Source: Entomortierella parvispora E1425 (taxonomy: Eukaryota > Fungi > Mortierellomycota). From it: a stretch of DNA of 64,000 nucleotides. The notes beneath the pieces are model-generated. The model saw only the letters and a list, made by a program, of their open reading frames with translations, was not told where the DNA came from and did no database searches. The stretch covers positions 310,001 through 374,000 of the forward strand of contig BQFW01000008.1 in NCBI GenBank assembly GCA_020891255.1, written 5' to 3'. The translations under genes and the position numbers were made by a program. Position 1 is the first letter of the stretch. Every line of letters starts with the position of its first letter. This document shows positions 39,157 to 47,944 of this stretch, in pieces.

Positions 39157-40647
39157 ATGTTTGCCACCAACTCCACTCCTTCTGCTGTTCCTCCTCCTCA
39201 GGGCTTGAACCGTGCCAATGATGAGGTCTTCCAGAAGCTCAAGGCAAACTACCTTTCAGAGTTCAACTTCAAAGGCATCCGGGTCTCGGCGACGCCGCTC
39301 ATTCCAAGCGTCCTTCGCGGACAGCAGACCGAGCTCCCTGTTCTCTTTCAAATCTCGGTTGGACAGAGATCTGGCGCTGATGAGAAGGATCTCGTCCGGA
39401 CCCCCTTCAACATCTGCTTGGTGCTCGATACCTCTGGATCCATGTCGGGCTCCCGTCTCGATGGCTGCAAAACGGCCATCAACGCCATCATTGGGCAGTT
39501 AACTCCTTATGACACCCTGAGTCTTGTCACCTACAGCACCACTTACGAGACCGTCTTTGTCGACTGCAACCAGTCTCACTCAAGCCATATGCTCGAATCC
39601 GTGGAGAAGATCAAGACCACTGGCTCCACCAACTTGCACGGTGGTCTCGAGCTCGGGGTTGAGACATTGAAAAGGAGCATCAGCAAGGATGAAGCGGCTC
39701 AGCAAAAAGGAATGGATAAGAACAAGAAAGCGACAAGAAAGGCCAACCGTGTCTTCTTGTTCTCGGATGGCCTGGTTAACGTCGGTATCACCTCTGCGGA
39801 TGCAATTATGGCCAACGTCGAGAGCTGGCTCAAGAATACCGATATTCAAATTTCGACCTTTGGTATTGGCGACGGGTACGATGAGAAGTTGATGACGGCC
39901 ATTGCGAAACACGCCAATGGTGACTCGTTCTTTATCGAAACTGTGGAGGACATTGAGGATTTGGTTGCGAAGGGTCTTCGAGGTGTCTCCAACATGGTTT
40001 CACCTTTGGCCACCTTGACCCTTCGAGGATTGGGGGACGCAGTCATCAAGGATATTCCTGGCCATGACTTGACAGACACCCCTGGTCAGGTCACGGTTCG
40101 TAATCTGAGGAGCAATGGACTTATTCAGTTGGTTGTCAACCTGGATATCCGCGTGCCAGGACTTGACGAGTTCTCGGTCCACGACATGGATGATGTGGTG
40201 GATTCGAGAAACATTCTTGGCTACTCTATCAGTTTGGGAGAAGATGAACAGACGTTTGTGGACTTGGCCGACTGTGTGGGAATGAAGGGAACGTTGGCTG
40301 TCAACTACACTGTGGACAGCTCCTTGGTGGCCAAGGACAAGCAGCACGACGATGTTGTGACCTATCTAACCATTAAGAACGCCTCCAAGATTGACAAGGA
40401 GGTGGTGGAACATTTGGCCAACAACAGGACTGCGGAGGCAATTGCGGCCAAGAAGAAGGTCATTGCCATGTTTGAGGGCATTGAATCCAAGGATCGACGA
40501 GGATTTGCTCAGCGCTTGAAGGGTCAAGCTGAGCGTTTGGTTCAGAACCTGGAAGCATCTGGTAACACCAGATATGCTCAACAGATGTGCCATCAGCAAC
40601 AGCAGGAGGAGTCGGATGATGACATGGGATTCGGACTCTTTGACTAA
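39157..40647 (+). CDS. Intronless von Willebrand factor type A (MIDAS) domain protein with a C-terminal ribosomal P-protein-type tail
   Basis: MIDAS DxSxS in ICLVLDTSGSMSG, Thr in GSTNLHGGL, Asp in VFLFSDG; ISTFGIGDGYDEKLMTAIA; ends QQQQEESDDDMGFGLFD* (40606-40647). Confidence 0.9.
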   Translation: MFATNSTPSAVPPPQGLNRANDEVFQKLKANYLSEFNFKGIRVSATPLIPSVLRGQQTELPVLFQISVGQRSGADEKDLVRTPFNICLVLDTSGSMSGSRLDGCKTAINAIIGQLTPYDTLSLVTYSTTYETVFVDCNQSHSSHMLESVEKIKTTGSTNLHGGLELGVETLKRSISKDEAAQQKGMDKNKKATRKANRVFLFSDGLVNVGITSADAIMANVESWLKNTDIQISTFGIGDGYDEKLMTAIAKHANGDSFFIETVEDIEDLVAKGLRGVSNMVSPLATLTLRGLGDAVIKDIPGHDLTDTPGQVTVRNLRSNGLIQLVVNLDIRVPGLDEFSVHDMDDVVDSRNILGYSISLGEDEQTFVDLADCVGMKGTLAVNYTVDSSLVAKDKQHDDVVTYLTIKNASKIDKEVVEHLANNRTAEAIAAKKKVIAMFEGIESKDRRGFAQRLKGQAERLVQNLEASGNTRYAQQMCHQQQQEESDDDMGFGLFD

Positions 40648-40974
40648 GTGGATATAGTCAAATCCCTGCTTCATCGCCTTGACCATTTCCGAATAAAAAA
40701 CAAACGATTGGAAAACTCCATGGCCACCATTGAGTGCTTCTGGTGTAAAAAAGACCTTTCATTCAGACGAAGCAAGACGTCCTGGGAGGCGAGACGATGA
40801 GACAGGGCTCCTTATGATCAGTGACAGCATTCATTCGTAATAATACGTCAAGCCTACGTTCTACTCTCTTTCTCCTCTTTCCTCTCTTCTCTGCTTCACC
40901 TGATTGCTCCTAACCCACCCCCAGAAGTATTCAACAAATCTCAACTAAAGACATCGAGCAAGATATTCAACACC

Positions 40975-41549
40975 ATGGAAGGAAACGCTCCCGTAAGTTG
41001 TATTTAGAAACCCGATACAGCTCTTTCTCGTCGGTCCTTTGCACTGACCTATTTTACGCGTAAACGAGTTGTTCGCTATAGACACCCATCATCCCGTCCT
41101 CATCTGCGGAGGACCCAAAAGAACAAGCCAGCTCAGTAGCATCGGTTCTTGGAGCTGCAACTTCCGAGATCGTTCAGAGCTTCAAGCCCATGGGTGGCAT
41201 CTGTGAAGCCTTCTGTGGTCTGCATGTGTACCCGTAAGTTTTAGTGAAAAGAAACAAAAAAAGCAGTGAAGGTTCTGGTTTTTCTAAATCACCCGCCCGC
41301 TCGTTTATAGTGATGATCACCGACGTCAGATCATCGCTTTCCACTACTGCCACGCTATCGATGAAGACCGACGCCAGTGTTTGATCTACGATCGCGATGA
41401 CAAGAACGCAAAGCTTTTGCGAGTTGAGTACATCATCTCTGAGAAGCTTTTCCAAGGTCAGCAGGAAAAGAAAAAGAAAAAAAAAAAAAAAACTGCCAGC
41501 TCGTCACAGCAGAGTTCATCTTTTTTTTCCCCCCTCTTTGATCAAAATC

Positions 41550-41585
<36 letters not shown>

Positions 41586-42031
41586 GACTTGACGACGATG
41601 AAAAGAAGTATTGGCACTCTCACAAGTATGAAGTCGAGAGTGGCTTGCTGGTCCAAGTGACAAAGAGTTTTGTCCCGGAATCCGTGGCCAATTCTGCCGA
41701 GAAAGGGCCGCTCAAGATTCCTGTGAACACGTACGGCAAGACTTTTCAGTTTTGGCCTGTGGATGAGAAGGGCGAGTGTTCGAGCCTGGTGCCAACGGGT
41801 CCACCTCAGTTGCTGGTCGCGTTGACCAAGGATAGCCAGGTGGATTTGGATCTATTGGCAAAGCGCGACCGGATGTTGGGCATCTCCACTTTGGAGAAGC
41901 GCCATGCCCGTGAAGGTGAGATTCAAGGCCACCCCGTCGCGGAGGGTGCGGACCAGTGGACTCACGGAAAACCGTGGCAGATTTACGATCGGGGTCAGGA
42001 AGGTGCTCTCAGCTTTCACCCCCAGAAGTAA
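40975..42031 (+). CDS. DUF1264 / oil-body-associated-protein-like
   Basis: Four exons; HYCHAIDEDRRQCLIYDRDDKNAKLLRVEYIISEKLF|..LDDDEKKYWHSHKYEVESGLL, TYGKTFQFW, and DRMLGISTLEKRHAR are DUF1264-family motifs. Confidence 0.85.
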
Positions 42032-42436
42032 AAGAATAGAGGTCTGATGGATTCGCGAGAGCTGAAGAGATTGCCCCCTCGGCATCCTTCGGCGTTTGAA
42101 ATCGCACCTCCACCTCTTTCATATCAATAAAAACAGGTCAATCTTCAATTTGTATCAAACGGTCTGTTGTGTGAGGAGGGATGTTCGCCCTTGGAAGCGG
42201 CTGTCTTGTCGGATATTGGGTGCTGAAATCTAATAAACGCGTGTACCGTACCGTCCTCTAAAAACGTCATGTAAAAGATCTGATGGCCTGTAGCATGGTG
42301 CCAATCCTCATATTCGAATGGCTCTTTATTTTGATTATGAATTGATTGTTCATACGATGATGTATAAAAAAAGCAACAAGAAACCACCTGTGGCTCTCAT
42401 CCCTTTGGCCGTGTGCGTGTTTTTAATGTTGGGTAT

Positions 42437-44840
42437 TTACAAATTAGCCTGGGCGGCAGTGACTGGGTATGGGACCGCGTTCTGAAGCAACTCTTTCCAG
42501 TCGACGCGTTTGATCTCGGAGCCATCCATGATTGCTCCAGAGTCCTCCTTTGAAGAAGGAGAAGAGGCAGAGGAAGAAGACTGAGCGGCGATGGCGTAGC
42601 AATGATCCGAATCCAAGAGCGCTTCCTCAAAGGACCAGCCTTCTTTTGGTAGCAGCTCTGGTTTGGGGTCGTGTACCTCCATCACCGTCGACAGAATCGG
42701 CGTTTGTGTCTCCTCAGTATCCTGGATCGTCATCTCGATCGACTTCAGGTTGAAATCAATTCCCACATCCAACGCCTTCACGATGGATTCTTTTAGACAC
42801 CAGAGTCGATAGAATCGTCGAAGCTGATTCTCCGCCATGGGTTCGGATGAGGCGTCGTCGCTATCACTTGCCTCGGCCATAAAGCTCATCTCCTTTGCGG
42901 TGAACTATGGACAATTATTCAAAAATAAAAAAAGGGTCAGCATGAAAAAAAAAATCGTTATCTGAAAGTACCCATCAAGTGGCGCTGAAATGCAATGATG
43001 TCAACATGACGTCGTTGTTAATGAGGGGGTCAGATCGGTGACACCACGCGGCAAGTGACAATGACAACAATGCGACTGAGCGGGGCGCGGGGGGAGAGGA
43101 GGGCAACAAGAATGGAAGGGGGCAATAGAACTCAAGAATGACGACACTCAACAAGATACGCAGGACCCGTGGGTTTGTTGAGAGCACAAAAAAATGAAGG
43201 GCAGGGTTCTGAGGAGAAAAGGCGGTACATGTATCAAGAAGAGGGTAGAGGATGGAGATGCCAAACTAAAATGATGTCCAAGGGGACAAACTGAGAACCC
43301 ATCCACCACGTTGCCCGTGCAACTTGAATCGTTTTTTTTTTCTCTCTTTTTTTTTGGGAGAGAGGGGGGGGCTGTTCATTAGTGTCTCCGATCTGTGGGG
43401 AGAGCAATGGATGGACAGGAAAGATCTCACTCAGATCTGGTGTGTACTCTTTGTACGTTCAAGACATGAGATAGCGTTCATCGACCCTCAAATTTCTCTC
43501 ATTTTTGTGCTTGGTTCCAGTTATTCTTCTTGTTCAAAAAACTAGAATCCGATCTTTACCTGGTCTTGGAAACTGGCCGAAAAAGACTCAAAGGAGACAT
43601 GGTCGTGGCCCGGGGCCTGAAAGTCGACCACGTCGACACCGAGTCGGACGGGGCTACTGCTCCCATTTGCATCCTCCTCGGTTTCGCCCACCAGAATTAC
43701 CCAATCTCCATGGTGAGAAATCCTGAAACTCACATTCTTCAATGGCTCGGGGGCGATCTATTTTTTGATAACAAAAACAAAGATATGATATCGGCACACC
43801 AGATCGCAGTTTTTGGTTTTTGATCCCAATGGACGACCAGAGAATTGCCATCAAAAAAAAGGAGGGACAAGATAAGCGAGAGGGAGAGAGAGAGAAAGAG
43901 AAGAACGTTATGTCAGTAAACCAATCGCGATGAAAGATTGCAAAAAAGGAGAGAATGAAAAATAGACGCGACGAACAAAACGACAAGGAACGATGGACGT
44001 GAGGTACTCGATCCGGGACTCGGGGCACACAAACATGAACAGAAAAAAACAAAGGAGGGCACATGTCCCGTCCAACCGAGGACTTTTTCCTTGTCTTTTT
44101 TGAATAAGGCAGTAAAGGACGGGCGACGACCTCCGGAGAGAAAAAAAAAATAGAACCGGAAAGCTTGGTGCATGTTTGTATACCGTTCTATGCATGAGCA
44201 TGAACCAATTTGAACCAATTGTACTGTACAACATCCAGTTTCTGCATGAATTACAAGGACACCCAAACTACCTCAAGGCCAACCTCAAAGGACCGGGTGC
44301 GCCGCTGCAGGTTTACAGAGAAAAAGGAACGGAAAAAAAGGAGATAAACCACAAAGACCTTAGGCAATTGTGCATACAGAGAACGGAGATGGGGGTGATG
44401 GGCCCGGGAGTGTGTGTGCAGGTGCAGGTTGAACGTAAGGTATGAGGGTGCGGAGCCCGGGAATGACCGTTTAACTTTGCCTTTTGTTCAACAAAAAAAA
44501 TTAATGAAAGGAAAAAAAAAAAAATGAAAAAAAAACTCACCAGGACTGGGGACGTGCTCTCACTGCAATCAAAGACGAGCTCCTCCCAATGACAGGAATG
44601 GTGGGCTGTAAAGAAGGCATGAACCATCAGTCGACCCACCAAAGCCCGTCGCATGTCGTCCTCTAACCGAACCTGAAGCAACGCGTCGGCTTCGACTTTA
44701 GGCAGGTAGTTTAATAGATTTGAGACAGGGACAATGTTCTGTTTGCTCTCATCACCATCGGTCAGACAGGTCACCAGAGGTTTGACATTCTCGAGTAACA
44801 GTGGTTGGCGGATATTGAACGCCCAGCGGACAAGAGGCAT
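42437..44840 (-). CDS. Sfp-type 4'-phosphopantetheinyl transferase (Lys5/AASDHPPT family)
   Basis: Exons 44840-44541, 43757-43560, 42904-42437; RRALVGRL, ISHHGDWV, LGVDVV, FYRLWCLKESIVKALDVGI. A possible N-terminal extension exon is described in findings. Confidence 0.9.
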
Positions 44841-46495
44841 GATGGAAAAGGGCTGTGGTGTTGTCTTTCTTGTTGATCGTGAGAGGAATTGAGACACGGA
44901 GGAACAAAAGGACCGTGTGAAGGATGTCGAAAGTGTGGTGTTGGGAAGTTGATGGTCGTTTCTAGCGGGACGTGAGATTGTGGAGGGTGGATAACAGGAC
45001 TAGGGCGGTCGCGTCGTGGCAGGATCGACTAGTTTGATGTGCCTGAACTGAATTTTCGTTAGTCGATTTGAAGGTGAGCGGGCTAAAGGGAGAGGAACGA
45101 TCGCAAGAGGCGGAGTAGGTTGTGGTCGTGAAGCGGAAGGTTGTTTGGGCGGAGGTGAATGAGGCAAGGGAATGCGAGCGTGAATGCGAGTTGTTAATGG
45201 GAGGGTGAGTTGCGATCGTTTGTTGGCATGAGTGAATGAACGGAGAAAAAAAAAGAGAAAGAGAAAAGAGCGTGAGAGGGCGCGTTTTTAAGGTATCCAG
45301 GCACAGACTGACCTGGGGAAGGTGTGGACTGGGTGCAGAAGAGACAATGCAGCCATGATGCCTCATTCAATCAGTCCCAAGGGCCATCCAGTCTTTACTG
45401 GAAGGGAAGGTATCTTTTGGACAAACACACACACACGCCCCATTCTTTCACTTCCACAGTGACAACATAGAGTTGATGAGGGCGATGATGAAATTGCTCT
45501 CTCTGTCCATCCCGTCCGTCCTCTGTCTTTGTCAATCTGTCCCTCGTCGGACAAGATTTCAAGGGTCGCACACTGAGGTCTGACGATGAGAGCATCAAGG
45601 ACAACAATCAACCCGACAAAACAAATACAAACAAAATTGTCGATGACCTCTCTTGTCCGCAATGTTTTATTTTGGACCTCATTCTCTCACTCCCTCTCCA
45701 TCTGAACGAAATTGGGCCAAAGCATCATCATTAGCACAACACATGGGATCGTTGACACCACCCTTTTTTTTTTCTCAGCCCACTGGAGCACAGGTGCTGA
45801 GAGCAACGGCAAATTGACAATTGAATACCCCTCCGCCGGGCTTCAGATCATGAGGAGAAATTGATCATGAAACGGCAGTTACCCACATCACGATCTCCCG
45901 CACAGCGGAAGTGACCGCAAGTTCTGAAGCGAATGCTGCAACCAACCCCTTCTCAAACCATTCCTTTTTGTTTGGTATCCTTTTGTGGAAGGGTTTCCAA
46001 AAAGTGCCTCACCTCTGTTGGACCGGGAACCTGATCCAGTCTGGTCTCCCGGGTCAATCTTGACAAGAAGGGTCCTGTGAACTACCACCGCAGATAAACC
46101 ACACCGCTAGCAGCAATGCATACGTTCATGATCACTCTTGGCAGAACTACGGTGGACCGTCTGTTTTCGGACGTTGTATGCAGCCTTTGGCCCACCGTAG
46201 TGAAGCGCTGTGCACATGTGCAGTCCATCCCTATCTCGACGCGTTCTAGGAGCTCAAATTATCGCCGTCGGACGCGTCTTGCATGCAAAGCACGCCAATT
46301 TCTCGTTTTGTTTGTTATTCGAAATTAGTACCATTGCCTAAGCATCGAAAAGACCGAGCTGCACTTTCGTGCACTCGGACTTCTTTTTATTTTTTTCAAA
46401 AGGTAAAACGGTCCCTTGCAGAAGAATCAACCAGCATCTTTGTCGAAAGAAATGTTCCTTCCAAATGGAGAAAGGTTTCGAATCAGTGTTTACAA

Positions 46496-46612
46496 TGGCC
46501 CAAAGCAAGGGCCCAAAGCAAGGGCCCAAGGCAAGGGCCCAAAGCAAGGGCCCAAGGCAAGGGCCAAAGGCAAGGGCCAAAGCGAAGACTCAAAGCAAAG
46601 ACTCAAAACGAC
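46496..46612. repeat. 13-bp minisatellite GGGCCCAA(A/G)GCAA, seven good plus two degenerate units
   Basis: Units start at 46496, 46509, 46522, 46535, 46548, 46561, 46574, 46587, 46600 with an exact 13-nt period. Confidence 0.95.
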
Positions 46613-46790
46613 CCCAAATCTTCGTTTTGCTGTTTCCCACCCTATGTTGCTCACTGCACCACTTCTCTCCACCCCCACACATCATCCCTCCATCTTCCAA
46701 GCCCAGGGATGTTGTTTTTTTAATCATTTTTTTATTGCGTTCCGATCTCCAACAAAGAGGAGATATGACACAACTCTCATGTTCTGCTCG

Positions 46791-47564
46791 TTACTCCTTG
46801 ACCAGCTGAATCAAGGCGGCGACACCACCCTCGGAGCCGCTCTCCTTGGTGAACCAGTACTCTTCACAATCCTCCAAAGCCACACCACACTCGTAAGTAA
46901 TGGTCATGAACTGAACTGGCTTCTCAATCACAATCATGGGGTGGTGCCACACATTGGGTTTGTAGTTGATTCCCAAGGTGTTATTGCAACGGAAGGCTTG
47001 CAAAGAGCTCAAAATGGGCTTGTCATCCGATCCGTTCTCGGCCGTCACTACTACGTAGGATCCATTGCCATCACCACCCATGGGCATGAACATTTGTGAA
47101 GAGTACGAGTGACGCTCCAACAGCTTGATTCCAAACTGAGGGGTCGCCACTGGCTTGTAGCATTTGAAGATGGCAATGTTGGCGGTGGCCGAGGCCAAGG
47201 TGGGGTTGGGGTTGGCAGTGTCCGTAGAGGCAGGACGGAGGTTCACAAACTCGGCGAGATGAGAGAACTTTTGAGCAGTGCCTGAATTGTGCAGCGTGAT
47301 AGAACGAACGAAGGAGTGAGCAAAAAAAAAAATGATGAAAAGCAGCTTTTTTGACCTCAATTGAAAAAGGACGAGGAGGAGGAGGAGGAGGAGGAGGAGG
47401 AGACGGACATATGGATCTTTTGTTTTACCTTGGTTGACTTGAACAGCGTTGGGATCGGCGTCAGGCAAGCGGACAACTTGGCCCCACTTTGCAAAGTTCT
47501 CGTTGGTAATGTCGACTGGGACGATGGTGCTCAGGGCATGGGCAAGGTCTTGAGAAGGGGTCAT
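46791..47564 (-). CDS. DAL3: Ureidoglycolate lyase/hydrolase (allantoin catabolism)
   Basis: ITNENFAKWGQVV, VNQG|TAQK, LLERHSYSSQMFMPM, GINYKPNVWHHPM; ATG 47564, one in-frame 147-nt intron 47428-47282. Confidence 0.9.
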   Translation of the reverse strand: MTPSQDLAHALSTIVPVDITNENFAKWGQVVRLPDADPNAVQVNQGKTKDPYVRLLLLLLLLLLVLFQLRSKKLLFIIFFFAHSFVRSITLHNSGTAQKFSHLAEFVNLRPASTDTANPNPTLASATANIAIFKCYKPVATPQFGIKLLERHSYSSQMFMPMGGDGNGSYVVVTAENGSDDKPILSSLQAFRCNNTLGINYKPNVWHHPMIVIEKPVQFMTITYECGVALEDCEEYWFTKESGSEGGVAALIQLVKE

Positions 47565-47944
47565 GTTGAAATGTAGGAATGCAGAGAGACTGTACAGGGA
47601 GGAAACGAGTGGTATACGTGAGCAAGCTCGGAGAGAAGACAAGTGAGGTGAGGAGACAAGAAGAGAAGGGAGGAGAAGAAGATGAAGGAAAGACATGTCC
47701 CCTCATGACACCCTCCTCTTTTATGCTTTTTTCCTAGGGCTTTGTTGGTGGCACCGCACGGCACCGGAGCAAAAGGGCGACCAAGCACCGCGCACAAACG
47801 CCATGTAAACCCATATTGCGGAGACACAAGTGCGGGCAACCCAGGAAAAAAGCACGGGCGCAGCCCGAGCTCTCCGAGGTCACGTGGTGTCTTCATCCGC
47901 ATCCGCGTTTCGACCTTTCTACGTTTTTTTATTCCTAGAGGGAA

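Noticed and set aside
42145-42387. 80-aa minus-strand ORF downstream of the PPTase stop
   Set aside because: Starts at a GTG, has no recognisable domain and no in-frame splice from the PPTase; likely 3'UTR.
42992-43080. Box C/D-like words (ATGATG...CTGA) in PPTase intron 2
   Set aside because: Antisense to the host transcript, imperfect C box, and no terminal stem or rRNA guide evident.
45976-45985. GTATCCTTTT, a U12-type 5' splice-site consensus
   Set aside because: It lies in an intergenic interval with no + strand exon or U12 branch site identified. Other matches fall inside coding sequence on the opposite strand.
45774-46040. TPP-riboswitch-like words CTGAGA (45797), ATACCC (45825) and GAACCTGATCCAG (46027)
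   Set aside because: No upstream GGGT strand to form P2, ~200 nt between P2' and P4, no P5 loop/GCGTAGGGA, and no thiamine gene nearby. An Infernal RF00059 scan would settle it.
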